NCBI GenBank assembly: GCA_963727455.1
Contig: CAVSGG010000006.1
Coordinates: 135,483 to 199,482, forward strand
DNA length: 64,000 nucleotides
Direction of reading: 5' to 3'
DNA from: Candidatus Krumholzibacteriota bacterium
Lineage (GTDB): Bacteria; Krumholzibacteriota; Krumholzibacteriia; JAJRXK01
The notes below the pieces were generated by a model. The model searched no databases. It saw only the letters and a program-made list of their open reading frames with translations, and had not been told where the DNA came from. Shown here piece after piece: positions 46,631 to 56,551 of this stretch (positions are counted from its first letter, which is position 1; every line of letters starts with the position of its first letter). Made by a program: the position numbers and the translations under genes.

Positions 46631-47902
46631 ATGGATCGATTTCTCATTCACGGACCTTGCACACTTTCGGGCAGCGTGGATGTGAGCGGTGCCAAGAATG
46701 CGGTACTTCCCCTCATGGCCGCGACGCTCTTGAGCCGTGGGGAGAGCCGAATTCGAAACGTGCCCAATCTGCGCGACACGCGAACCATGGGGAAAGTCCT
46801 CGAGACCTTGGGCGCCAAGGTTTCTCGCGAGGGCGATAGCTTGATCATCGATTCCAGCGGAGCAGAGGGGGTGGAAGCTCCCTATGAGTTGGTGAAGACC
46901 ATGCGCGCCAGCGTCTACGTTCTGGGCCCGCTTCTCAGCGCGATGGGAACGGCCAAGGTGAGTCTGCCTGGAGGCTGCGCGTGGGGGCCTCGGCCCATTG
47001 ACTTGCACCTGAAGGGCATGGAGATGTTGGGCGCGCAGGTGAAGCTCGAAGGGGGTTATGTGGTGGCGAAGAGGCCCAAGAGCCGTCTGCACGGCGGCAC
47101 GATGGACTTTTCCACCTCCAGCGTAGGCGCCACCGCGAACGTTCTCATGGCGGCGGTTCTCGCCGAGGGCACCACCGTATTGGAAAACGCGGCGCGTGAA
47201 CCCGAGGTCGGACAGCTGGCCGAAGCTCTGGTGGCGGCGGGGGCGAGGATCGAGGGCATCGGAAGCACCCGGCTGAGCATCGAGGGCGTGGAGGAGATCT
47301 CGCCGCTCGATGTCAGCGTGATCCCCGACCGCATCGAGGCCGGAACCTTCCTCTGTGCGGCTGCGATTTTGCGCTCCAAACTGCAGGTGAAGAGAGTGCG
47401 TCCCGAACATTTGCAAGCCACGATGGATGTCCTGGGCGGCAGCGGTTGCAGCTTCGAAGTCGCTTCCGATGCGGTCGAAATCGACGGAAGCAACGCCGAA
47501 CGGGCTCTGAACGCGGTCACGCGACCTTTCCCCGGATTTCCCACCGATATGCAGGCGCAGACCATGGCGGTGGCCACCCTCCTCGACGGAAACAGCGTGC
47601 TCACCGAGACCATCTATCCCGATCGTTTCACCCACGTGGCAGAGCTGCGTCGTCTCGGCGCCGACATTCGGCTCGATGGTAACTCCGCGGTCGTCCGGGG
47701 AGTCGCCCAACTCTCGGGCGCTCCCGTCATGGCCACCGATCTACGCGCTTCGGCTGCTCTCATCCTGGCTGGACTTGCCGCGAAGGGGGAGACGCTGGTC
47801 GATCGCATCTACCACATCGACCGAGGCTACGAACAGATCGAGCAGAAGCTCGCCCGGCTGGGCGCGAAAATCGAACGCGTTCCCGGACCTCCCACACCTT
47901 GA
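46631..47902 (+). CDS. murA: UDP-N-acetylglucosamine 1-carboxyvinyltransferase
   Basis: SGAKNAVLP, MRAS, PGGCAWGPRPIDLH, PDRIEAGT, PGFPTDMQAQ, ATDLRA, HIDRGY. Confidence 0.97.
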   Translation: MDRFLIHGPCTLSGSVDVSGAKNAVLPLMAATLLSRGESRIRNVPNLRDTRTMGKVLETLGAKVSREGDSLIIDSSGAEGVEAPYELVKTMRASVYVLGPLLSAMGTAKVSLPGGCAWGPRPIDLHLKGMEMLGAQVKLEGGYVVAKRPKSRLHGGTMDFSTSSVGATANVLMAAVLAEGTTVLENAAREPEVGQLAEALVAAGARIEGIGSTRLSIEGVEEISPLDVSVIPDRIEAGTFLCAAAILRSKLQVKRVRPEHLQATMDVLGGSGCSFEVASDAVEIDGSNAERALNAVTRPFPGFPTDMQAQTMAVATLLDGNSVLTETIYPDRFTHVAELRRLGADIRLDGNSAVVRGVAQLSGAPVMATDLRASAALILAGLAAKGETLVDRIYHIDRGYEQIEQKLARLGAKIERVPGPPTP

Positions 47903-47937
47903 GCCATACACCTTATCGTGAGGACGATCGCCGCCAG

Positions 47938-49839
47938 ATGCAGAGCCGACGCACATTTATTCTGGGTACCGCGGGACATGTCGACCACGGGAAGACCGCG
48001 TTGGTTCGCGCCCTTACGGGTAAGGACACCGACCGGCTGAGCGAGGAGCACCGCCGGGGGATCTCCATCGAACTCGGCTTTGCACATCTTGATCTCGACA
48101 AACACACGAGGCTGGGAATCGTGGATGTGCCCGGTCACGAGAAGTTCGTGCGGCAGATGGTCGCCGGTGCCGGCGGCATGGACCTCGCGCTCCTCCTGGT
48201 GGCAGCGGACGAGAGCGTCATGCCCCAGACGGTGGAACATCTCGACGTCCTTCGCCTCTTGGGAGTGCGTCGCGGACTGGTCGTGGTGACCAAGATCGAC
48301 TTGGTGGAGAAAGACATCCTCGAGCTCGTGAAAGCGGAGGTGGAGGAGCTGGTGCGCGGGACCTTTCTTCAGGGAAGTAGGGTGGTGCCTGTTTCCTCCA
48401 CCACCAGGGAAGGGCTGCAGGAGTTGCGGGAGGCCCTGCTCGAACTCACCCGGTCGGCCGAGGGAAGGAGCCGCGCCGGTGACTTCCGGCTACCCATCGA
48501 CCGGGTGTTCACTCTGAGCGGCACCGGAGTGGTGGTGACGGGGACCGCCTGGAGCGGCGAGGTGCATCCCGGCGATCGCTTACGCTTGCTCCCCTCCGCG
48601 AAGGAAGCCCGAGTTCGCGAAGTCGAGAGTCATGATGAATCGGTGAAGGAGGCGGGGGCTGGGGAACGGGTGGCTCTCTCGCTGCATGGAGTCAAGAAGA
48701 ACGATCTGAACCGCGGTGAGGTATTGGTGAGCGGCGCCTCTTGGCGTCCCAGTCTCAAGCTGGCAGTTCGACTCGACGCGGTCTCGAGCCTGCGCGCGCC
48801 GATCAAGCAGCGCGCGCGGGTACATATTCACCACGCGGCACGAGAAGTTCTCGGTCGGGTGGATTTGCTCGAGGGCAATGAACTCAAGGCGGGAGAGTCG
48901 ATCCTCGCGCGCGTGTACTTGGAAGAGCCCTTGATCTCGGCGCCGGGCGATCGCTTCGTCTTGCGCTCTTATTCACCCATGCTCACGATCGCGGGAGGAC
49001 GGGTCATCGATCCCTTCACTCCCGCCCGAGAGCGCCGGAGCAGCGCGTTGACGCGCATCGAAGGATGGGAAGCGGCGGGGAGCGCGAGATGGCCGTTTCT
49101 GCGCATCCGCGAAGCCGGCCTCGGCGGGCGTTCCAAGACGCAGCTGCTCGACGATCTTTCCATGGTCCAATTATCCAAAGAGCAAGCGCTCGCTGCCCTG
49201 AATTCGGCCGTGGACGAGGGTGAGATTCTCGCGCTGCAGGATCGATTGGTGTCGGCCGAACTCGCCGCCGAGGCAGGTGCGAGCGCCTTGGCTCAAGTGC
49301 GGGCTTACCGAAAGAAGCAGCCACTCGCGAGCGGAATGCCCAAGGAAGAGCTGCGTACGGCCCTCGGCTTCGAGGGAGGGGGGCCAGCGTTCAACCAGCT
49401 TCTCGCGAACTGGTCGGCCAGACTTCCCCTCTTCTTGGTGGAGGACCGGGTCAGCGCGGATTCCAAAGCGGTGGAGGTGGATCCGCAGACGCAGGAAAAG
49501 CTCGACCGACTGCGACGCGAGATCGAAGCGGCCTCCCCCGTCTACGAGGCGGACGATGCGCTGGCCCGCTCGCCAGAACTCGCCCTTCTAATCAAACAGG
49601 GTCTCGTGGTTCGTCTCTCGGGGAGGCTCTTTGCTGCGCGCATCCGGCTGGACGAACTCGTCGCGAAAGTGGTGGCCCATTTCGAGGTGGCGGAAGTTCT
49701 CGAGGTGGCCACGGTGAAGCAGTGGACTCACGCCTCGCGAAAGTTCGTCGTGCCTCTTCTGGAGTGGCTGGATTCTCAAGATGTCACTTCGTTCAAGTCC
49801 GGTCGCAGGACAAAAGGTCCCGCCTGTCCTCCCCGCTGA
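47938..49839 (+). CDS. selB: Selenocysteine-specific elongation factor
   Basis: [44 protein letters not shown], and winged-helix C-terminus with [12 protein letters not shown]. Confidence 0.93.
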   Translation: MQSRRTFILGTAGHVDHGKTALVRALTGKDTDRLSEEHRRGISIELGFAHLDLDKHTRLGIVDVPGHEKFVRQMVAGAGGMDLALLLVAADESVMPQTVEHLDVLRLLGVRRGLVVVTKIDLVEKDILELVKAEVEELVRGTFLQGSRVVPVSSTTREGLQELREALLELTRSAEGRSRAGDFRLPIDRVFTLSGTGVVVTGTAWSGEVHPGDRLRLLPSAKEARVREVESHDESVKEAGAGERVALSLHGVKKNDLNRGEVLVSGASWRPSLKLAVRLDAVSSLRAPIKQRARVHIHHAAREVLGRVDLLEGNELKAGESILARVYLEEPLISAPGDRFVLRSYSPMLTIAGGRVIDPFTPARERRSSALTRIEGWEAAGSARWPFLRIREAGLGGRSKTQLLDDLSMVQLSKEQALAALNSAVDEGEILALQDRLVSAELAAEAGASALAQVRAYRKKQPLASGMPKEELRTALGFEGGGPAFNQLLANWSARLPLFLVEDRVSADSKAVEVDPQTQEKLDRLRREIEAASPVYEADDALARSPELALLIKQGLVVRLSGRLFAARIRLDELVAKVVAHFEVAEVLEVATVKQWTHASRKFVVPLLEWLDSQDVTSFKSGRRTKGPACPPR

Positions 49840-49975
49840 TTCCCTTCGGGCTGTACCCATTCCTCAGAATTCCTCATGTTGCCCCGTGCACCAGCGCATG
49901 GGCCGGAAGGCACGCCTCTTGCCGCAACTGAGCCGGTTACGGTAGAGAAGGCGCCCTCTACGAGAGAGAACGGAC

Positions 49976-51646
49976 TTGAAAATACTCGAGCTGGATCGCA
50001 ACGAGACCCGCGGACCCCAATCAGCTTCCAAATCCGCGCGGCTTGCGACATCCGATGAAACCAGTTTCGCGCATGTGCTGCAGTCTCCAGACGTCCTCGA
50101 GGTCAGTGACTACGAGCGCGCGCTGAGCAACTGCATCGCCCGCTATCTGAACCGCCACCCCAACGGGAATCCCTGCGATCATCTGGTCGACCTGTGCCCC
50201 CTCATGGGAGCAATTTCGCGCGACCGCTTTTTTGCAGTGACGGACGGGGAGCGCATTCTCCACTACCGGGGCATCGATCGGCACCATCTCGACCTGAAGA
50301 CCGGAGCGGAGATTCCCCCCATCTCCGAGATGCAGCCGGTTCACGAGTGTCTGAGGAACGAGCAGCCTTCGCGCATGCGCGTTCACCGTAGGAAAGAGCA
50401 GGGTGGGGAGCTCGAAGTCACTGCCTTGCCGGTCCGTAGCGTGGACGGTTCGCTGGTGGGCACTTTCGTGATCTTCGAGTCGCTGCAAGCCAGGGAGGAA
50501 GCGCACGGCAAGGCGCACGAGGACCTGGTCCAGAAGCTGGCGGCGCTCCACCGTTTTCATTCGAGTCTCGAACTTCTCGTCACCGAGCACGAACTCTTCG
50601 AGCGCGCGATCGAGGCTGCCTCGGACATCCTCGGCTACGAGTACTGCGCGATCTTCCTGCACGACGAGGAAAAGCGCGAACTCATCCTGAGCCATAGCGC
50701 GGGCTACGGCGCGCACCTGAACCGGCTCGCAATCGGCCTGCGGAACGGGAAAGGCATCACCGCGCATGCCTTCCGGCGCAACTGTATCGTGTCCGTGCCC
50801 GACGTACGCGAGGATCCTCGCTACGTGGAGGGAAGCGATCGCGTACGAAGCGAGCTGGCCATTCCCGTTCAGCTGGGGCGAAAGGTGGCCGGAGTTTTCA
50901 GCGCGGCTTCTTCGAATCCGGATGCCTTCTCCGGAGAAGAGATCAAGCTGTGCGTGACGCTGGTCAATCAACTCAACCTCGCCTTGGAGCGGATGCGTCT
51001 CTTCGGACAGCTGGCTTCCAGCCGTGACGTGCTGATCTTCGCTCTGGCTCGACTGGCGGAGAGCCGCGATGACGATACGGGCGGACATCTCGACCGAATC
51101 TGCGGCTATACGCGCGAGATCGCGGAGTGCCTACGCCGGCAATCGCGCTTCAGCGAGGTTCTCGACGAGCGTTACATGGACGATCTCTATCGCTCAGCCG
51201 CGTTGCACGACATCGGTAAGGTGGGAATTCCGGATAGCATTTTGCAGAAGAAGGGGCGGCTCACTGCGGCGGAATTCGAGATCATGAAGACGCACACCCT
51301 GATCGGAGGGGAAACTCTCGGCGACGCCGAGAAGCGCATGGACAATCTCGAACTTCTGCGCATGAGCAAGACGATCGCTCTCTACCACCACGAAAAGTGG
51401 AACGGGAGTGGGTATCCCTTCGCGCTCGCGGGGGAGGAGATTCCCTTGGCGGCCCGCATCGTGTGCCTCGCGGACGTCTATGATGCATTGACCACCAAGC
51501 GCTGCTACAAGGAACCCTACAGTCACCAGGTGGCGAGCAAATACATCGTGAATGCGAGCGGGAAGCACTTCGACCCGCAAATCGTCTCGGCATTTCTTGA
51601 GGGCGAGAAAAACGTACTGGAGATCAAGCGGCGATACTCGGACTGA
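49976..51646 (+). CDS. GAF + HD-GYP c-di-GMP phosphodiesterase with a PAS-like N-terminal region
   Basis: GAF (GITAHAF, VPDVREDPRY, RSELAIPV); intact HD-GYP (ESRD..TGGH..R, LHDIGK, HT, HHEKWNGSGYP, ADVYDAL, R.YK). Confidence 0.9.
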   Translation: MKILELDRNETRGPQSASKSARLATSDETSFAHVLQSPDVLEVSDYERALSNCIARYLNRHPNGNPCDHLVDLCPLMGAISRDRFFAVTDGERILHYRGIDRHHLDLKTGAEIPPISEMQPVHECLRNEQPSRMRVHRRKEQGGELEVTALPVRSVDGSLVGTFVIFESLQAREEAHGKAHEDLVQKLAALHRFHSSLELLVTEHELFERAIEAASDILGYEYCAIFLHDEEKRELILSHSAGYGAHLNRLAIGLRNGKGITAHAFRRNCIVSVPDVREDPRYVEGSDRVRSELAIPVQLGRKVAGVFSAASSNPDAFSGEEIKLCVTLVNQLNLALERMRLFGQLASSRDVLIFALARLAESRDDDTGGHLDRICGYTREIAECLRRQSRFSEVLDERYMDDLYRSAALHDIGKVGIPDSILQKKGRLTAAEFEIMKTHTLIGGETLGDAEKRMDNLELLRMSKTIALYHHEKWNGSGYPFALAGEEIPLAARIVCLADVYDALTTKRCYKEPYSHQVASKYIVNASGKHFDPQIVSAFLEGEKNVLEIKRRYSD

Positions 51647-51655
51647 ACCAAGCGC

Positions 51656-53053
51656 TCAGTCTTCCGACTCGCGCGTGAGCCAGCGGCCTTCGGGCTGCAC
51701 GGGCGCCACGAAGAGCGTGCGGGTCCGTTGAGGAGCAGCCACCCCCGCCGGCGCTTTGCGCGGCTTGCGCAGATATCGTCGCTCAGTGAGCCAGACGGGG
51801 ACCGTGGTGGAGCCCTTTGCCTTGCTGAAAAGCGCTGCGAGCTGTGCGGCGGCCTGGATCTCCGCTTTGCTCACCGGACCGCCCGCGCTGCGAAGAATGA
51901 CATGGCTACCCTCCACTCCCCCTGCGTGCAACCAAAGATCGGTCTTCCCCGCGCGCTTGAAGCTCAGCTCGTCGTTGTCGCTCGCGCTCTTCCCGATCCA
52001 GACCTCCCGGCCTGTCGGTAGCACGAAGATCTTGTAGGGAAGACGCGTCCTTGTGCGAGTTCGATTTCCCCGGTGCTCGCCGGGGGCGGAGGGGCGCAGG
52101 TCGATTCCCAGCTTTTCCGCGAAGTTCACCAGCTCGCGGAGTTCCTGCAGTTCAGTGAACTCGCGCTCCAGTTCTTGGACTCGTTTCGATTCGAGCGCCG
52201 CTTCGTCTTGGCGTGCGGCGACCTGGATGGCCTTGCGTTCCGCTTTGGCACAGCGCCGGTACAGGCGGTCCAGATTGGCCGCGGGCGTGAGTGCGGGGTC
52301 GAGCCGAAGCGTCCTTGGCGCGCCCGAAAAGTCCACGATCTCCACCTCCGCGCGCCCCGGAGCAATGCGTGAGAGATTGGCAGCTAGAAGATCCGCCAAT
52401 TCCCGCGTCCCGGCATCCGCGCGGGCCTGGGCCGCCTCCTCTTGCAGCGAAGCCGCAAGACGCTCGGCCTTCCGCTTTCTCGCCTTCAGGGTGTCCCGGA
52501 GGCGGCGGCGCACGGCTTCTTCCACTTCCGAGAAGAGAAGTTCACGACACTCGCGCGCGTGCGCCTCTGCGTCGAAATCGTCCGAAGGGGCCTCCTCGCG
52601 TAAAAGCTCCATCCGCTTGGGAAGCGCCTGTGGGGGGGATACGCTGAGGATTCCCCCTTCGGCGTCCTCCAGCCAAAGGTGTCCCGGACGCGGCCAGAAG
52701 GCCGCACACAATCTACGACCGTCTTGCAGTTCCAGGCGCAGTCCCTCCGTCTTTCCGCTCTCGCCGACAAGGCAGAGGACTCTCTGAATCGTGGAAGCTC
52801 TAAGGAGGGGCCCGAAGGGTGAGCGTTGATGGCTGCCCAGGGCCAGCGCGTACTCCTTGGGCAGGGGACGTTCGTCGAGCCAGAGCGCCCGCAAGGGGGC
52901 CAGGGCGACGATCCACAGATAGCGGCCGCTGAGCCGCAGACTGATCCAGCCGCGCCCGCTCAGGACTCCTTCCACTTCGGCCCCGCGTAGCTGCCGGGCC
53001 AGGTCCGCGGCGAGTGGGGACAACCAGCGGTAGGGGGCAGAAAGGACGCTCAT
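51656..53053 (-). CDS. rqcH: NFACT family protein (RqcH/FbpA homologue)
   Basis: ADLL.AN, LDP.L.P..N...Y....K, and NFACT-R domain (IGKSA..NDEL, DLWLHA.GV.GSHVIL, AA.LAA.FSK, RKP.K). Confidence 0.8.
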   Translation of the reverse strand: MSVLSAPYRWLSPLAADLARQLRGAEVEGVLSGRGWISLRLSGRYLWIVALAPLRALWLDERPLPKEYALALGSHQRSPFGPLLRASTIQRVLCLVGESGKTEGLRLELQDGRRLCAAFWPRPGHLWLEDAEGGILSVSPPQALPKRMELLREEAPSDDFDAEAHARECRELLFSEVEEAVRRRLRDTLKARKRKAERLAASLQEEAAQARADAGTRELADLLAANLSRIAPGRAEVEIVDFSGAPRTLRLDPALTPAANLDRLYRRCAKAERKAIQVAARQDEAALESKRVQELEREFTELQELRELVNFAEKLGIDLRPSAPGEHRGNRTRTRTRLPYKIFVLPTGREVWIGKSASDNDELSFKRAGKTDLWLHAGGVEGSHVILRSAGGPVSKAEIQAAAQLAALFSKAKGSTTVPVWLTERRYLRKPRKAPAGVAAPQRTRTLFVAPVQPEGRWLTRESED

Positions 53054-53148
53054 ATCCAGGCCTTTGCTTTGATGCGCGGGGAAAGTGGCCTACACTGCCC
53101 GCAAAGAACCGGCGGCGCGAATGTGCTTCGCCACAGAAGAGGTGGAAG

Positions 53149-54021
53149 ATGCAGAGTATGACCGGCATGGGAGCGGCCGAGGCGCGCACAAAGGGCGTGA
53201 CCATTCGAGCCGAGATGCGTTCGGTGAACCACCGCTTCCTGGACCTCGCACTGCGAGCGCCATCCAGCTTGACCTCGTTCGAGCCGTGGATCCGCGATCG
53301 CGTGGCGTCCATTCTGCAACGGGGGCGCATTACGCTCAACCTCGAGATCGAGCTCAGCTCGGGACGCAGCGAGATCGTGGTGAACGAGGAGTTCGTCAGC
53401 GCCTACCTGAAAGCGGCGCGAGGACTGGCCCGCCGCCATGGACTCCCGGGCGAAATCGACATCGCGCACATCGCCGATTTGCCCGAGACCTTCAGCGTGA
53501 CCGAAAGAAGCGTACCGGCCAAACAACTCAAGAAACTGGTCGAGGAAGCGGTGAATGGCGCCCTGAACAAGCTGGAAGCCATGCGCGTAAAGGAGGGCCG
53601 CGCGCTAGTCCGACAATTGCGTTTGCGGCTGAAGAAGCTCAAGCAGCACCTGAAGAAGGTCCAGAACCGCGCCGAGGATCTTCCTTCGCGAACCAGGACC
53701 CGGCTGGAAGAACGGCTGGCCGCGAGCGGAGCGCGCGAAGTGGTCGATCCGCAACGCCTGGCCCAGGAGATCGTCCTTCTGGTGGAAAAGTCGACCATCA
53801 CCGAGGAAATGGAACGTCTGGCCAGCCATATCGAACAGTTCGACGACACCCTGTCCGCTCCCGATGCCCAGTCCAAACGATTGGGCTTCCTCCTGCAGGA
53901 GATGCATCGCGAAGTCAACACGATGGGCAGCAAAGTCAGCGACCTGCACATCACCGACCAGGTCGTGCGGATGAAGGGCGAAATCGAAAACATGCGTGAG
54001 CAGGTGCAAAACCTGGAGTAG
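53149..54021 (+). CDS. yicC: YicC/YloC family endoribonuclease
   Basis: SMTG.G, RSVNHRFLD, EE.ERL.SH, LGFLLQEMHREVNT.GSK, REQVQNLE. Confidence 0.93.
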   Translation: MQSMTGMGAAEARTKGVTIRAEMRSVNHRFLDLALRAPSSLTSFEPWIRDRVASILQRGRITLNLEIELSSGRSEIVVNEEFVSAYLKAARGLARRHGLPGEIDIAHIADLPETFSVTERSVPAKQLKKLVEEAVNGALNKLEAMRVKEGRALVRQLRLRLKKLKQHLKKVQNRAEDLPSRTRTRLEERLAASGAREVVDPQRLAQEIVLLVEKSTITEEMERLASHIEQFDDTLSAPDAQSKRLGFLLQEMHREVNTMGSKVSDLHITDQVVRMKGEIENMREQVQNLE

Positions 54022-54023
54022 GA

Positions 54024-54647
54024 ATGAAAGCAAGGTCCACGCAATTCCTGCTGCTCATTTCTGGACCCTCGGGGGTGGGCAAGAGCAGCGTCTACACTCC
54101 TGTCATGCGAGACGATCCCAAGCTCAGCTTCTCGGTTTCGTGCACCACCCGGCCCCGGCGGCCGGGAGAGGTCGACGGCCAGCACTACCATTTCCTCAGC
54201 CGCAGCGAATTCGAGCGTCAACGCGCGCAAGGCGCATTTGTGGAGAACTTCACTGTCCACGAAGAACTCTACGGCACCCGGCGGACGGATCTGGAGGACA
54301 TGCTGGACGCGGGGCTAACTCCGGTCCTCGACGTGGACGTACAGGGGGGAGAACGGATTCTGGCCGCCTACACGGAGAGCGTGGTCTCGGTCTTTCTCTT
54401 CCCCCCCAGCTTCGAAGAGTTGGAGACCCGGTTGCGCCGGCGGGGCACCGAGGATGAGAAGACCCTGAAAGTGCGCTTGGAGAACGCGCGCTGGGAAGTG
54501 GATTACGCCCGTCACTACGAATACTGGCTCGTCAACGACGAACTCGAAAGCGCGATCGATGACCTGCGAGCCATTCTGCGAGCCGAGCGGCGCCGGCGCC
54601 GGCACTGGCCGAATCCGCCGATCTCGGGCCCTTCGAGCGCGGCCTGA
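54024..54647 (+). CDS. gmk: Guanylate kinase
   Basis: SGPSGVGKS, SCTTRPRRPGEVDG.HYHF, YGT, DVDVQG. Confidence 0.96.
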   Translation: MKARSTQFLLLISGPSGVGKSSVYTPVMRDDPKLSFSVSCTTRPRRPGEVDGQHYHFLSRSEFERQRAQGAFVENFTVHEELYGTRRTDLEDMLDAGLTPVLDVDVQGGERILAAYTESVVSVFLFPPSFEELETRLRRRGTEDEKTLKVRLENARWEVDYARHYEYWLVNDELESAIDDLRAILRAERRRRRHWPNPPISGPSSAA

Positions 54648-54657
54648 CGCACTCGAC

Positions 54658-54686
54658 TTGCTCCGATCCTGGCCCGTGTCTATACT
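54658..54686 (+). promoter_or_regulatory. sigma70-type promoter of rpoZ-coaBC
   Basis: TTGCTC, 17 bp, TATACT. Confidence 0.55.
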
Positions 54687-54757
54687 CTTCCTCCTGCCTG
54701 AAGGGGGAGGCGTACGCGCCTTTTCCGCCCGGACCGGGTCGTTCTGCTGGAGGAACC

Positions 54758-55204
54758 ATGACCTACATTCCCGTCTATCGCATTCTGGAGCACATCCCCA
54801 ACAAGTTCGAGGCGATCAAGGTCGCGGCCCTCGAGTGCCGACGCCTGAATGACAAGTTGCAGGCTCTGGAGATCAATGAGGAACGGAAGATCACGACTCT
54901 CGCGGTCGAGCGCCTCATCGACGGAAAAATCGGCTACTACGACGCGCGCGAGCGCCGCGAACAGGAACGCAGTGAGGCCATGTTAGCCGCCGCCGAAGAG
55001 ATGCTCGACATGACGGCCCCCTCCCCGGAGACCCTGGCCGAGCTGGAGGAGTCCGAGGAGGCGAGCGCCGAAGAGGAGACGGGCGAGGAGGCTTCGGCCG
55101 AATCCTCCGAGGAAGCTGCCCCGGAGACCGCCCCCAGTGCCGAGGCCGAAGACAAGAAAGCCGACGAGGCGCAGGCCGCCGCTTCCGAGGAGACCAAGGA
55201 CTGA
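54758..55204 (+). CDS. rpoZ: RNA polymerase omega subunit with a long acidic tail
   Basis: NKFEAIKVAA.E.RRL..K.TTLA..L..GKI core; gmk-rpoZ-coaBC order; GGAGGA RBS. Confidence 0.82.
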   Translation: MTYIPVYRILEHIPNKFEAIKVAALECRRLNDKLQALEINEERKITTLAVERLIDGKIGYYDARERREQERSEAMLAAAEEMLDMTAPSPETLAELEESEEASAEEETGEEASAESSEEAAPETAPSAEAEDKKADEAQAAASEETKD

Positions 55205-55217
55205 CGGGAGGCTCGCG

Positions 55218-56549
55218 ATGCCGACATCCGCGCCCAGTTCTTCCTCGACCCCGCCCCCCAAGGGACGGGGTCGAAACGTACTGATGATCGTGACCGGTGG
55301 CATTGCGGCCTACAAGAGTTGCAGCGTGCTGCGCTTGCTCCAGGAGGCCGGCTGCCGCGTGCGCGTGGCTATGACCGAGTCCGCGACGCGCATGGTGACC
55401 CCGCTCACCTTCGAGGCGCTTTCGGGGCAGGCGGTCGGCACCAGCCTGTGGGGAGACGGAGGGGCTGAGCCCCTCGATCACGTTCACTGGGCCCAGAGCT
55501 GCGACCTCATTCTGGTGGTTCCCGCGACGGCGAACTTCCTGGCCAAAATGGCCCATGGTCTGGCGGACGATCTGGCTTCGACGCTGGTCAGTGCGGCCGC
55601 CGCGCCGCTCGTGGTCGCGCCGGCCATGAACGATCGCATGTGGGAGAACCCGGCCAATCAAGCGAACCTGCAGACTCTCCGGGCGCGCGGCGTACAGATC
55701 GTGGAACCCGATAGCGGCTGGTTGGCCTGCGGCACCGTTTCCTTGGGACGCTTGGCTTCGCCGGAGTCGATCGCGGACAAGGTCCTCGCGCAGCTCTCGG
55801 AGGGACCCCTTGCCCGGCGCTCCGTTCTGGTCACGGCTGGTGGCAGCCGCGAGGCCATCGATGCCGTGCGCTATCTGGGCAATCGGAGCAGCGGCCGCAT
55901 GGGGATGGCCTTGGCTGCGGCGGCGCGTGATTTGGGGGCGCGGGTGACTCTGTTGCTCGGTCCCACCGAGCTTCCTCCTCCTTCCGGGATGAGCGTGCGC
56001 CGATTCGAGAGCGCGGCTGAGCTGGCGGAAATCACTCTGGCGCAGGCCCAACACCACGACTTCGTGTTCATGGCCGCGGCAGTGGCCGACTACCGGCCCA
56101 AGAACCCCAGCGCGGGCAAGTGGAAGAAGAGGGAAGGTCCCCCCGATTTGGAGCTGACGGCGACGCAGGACATCTTGAGCGAGCTCGGCCGCGCCAAACG
56201 GCCGGATCAGTTCCTGGTGGGTTTCGCGCTGGAGACGGGCAGCGATGCAGAGCTCGAGAAGGAGGCGGTGCGGAAGGCGGTGGCCAAGAAGCTGGACCTG
56301 GTGCTGGGCAATCACGCCGACCGCGAGGGCGAGGGCTTTCAGTCCTCGACAAACCGCCTGTTCTTGGTGGACCGGCAGGGCCGGGGGCTCTGGCTGGGAC
56401 CGGCCGAAAAGGATGAGCTGGCGCGGCTCATCTGGAAACGGGTGCTGCAGTTGCTCGAGGGCGAAAACGAGGCCATCGAGCTAGCCGCACAAAAGAAGGG
56501 CCCCCGCGGCAAGCGCGCGGGTCAGCGCAAAAAAGACGGGAAGGGCTAG
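55218..56549 (+). CDS. coaBC: Phosphopantothenoylcysteine decarboxylase/ligase
   Basis: TGGIAAYKS, PATAN..AK.A.G.ADD, PAMN..MW, LACG, NRSSGRMG, AAAVADY, VGFALET. Confidence 0.96.
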   Translation: MPTSAPSSSSTPPPKGRGRNVLMIVTGGIAAYKSCSVLRLLQEAGCRVRVAMTESATRMVTPLTFEALSGQAVGTSLWGDGGAEPLDHVHWAQSCDLILVVPATANFLAKMAHGLADDLASTLVSAAAAPLVVAPAMNDRMWENPANQANLQTLRARGVQIVEPDSGWLACGTVSLGRLASPESIADKVLAQLSEGPLARRSVLVTAGGSREAIDAVRYLGNRSSGRMGMALAAAARDLGARVTLLLGPTELPPPSGMSVRRFESAAELAEITLAQAQHHDFVFMAAAVADYRPKNPSAGKWKKREGPPDLELTATQDILSELGRAKRPDQFLVGFALETGSDAELEKEAVRKAVAKKLDLVLGNHADREGEGFQSSTNRLFLVDRQGRGLWLGPAEKDELARLIWKRVLQLLEGENEAIELAAQKKGPRGKRAGQRKKDGKG

Positions 56550-56551
56550 AG

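Noticed and set aside
49840-49975. selC or a c-di-GMP riboswitch between selB and the HD-GYP gene
   Set aside because: Only a short GTAGAG/CTCTAC hairpin is present; no cloverleaf or GEMM consensus.
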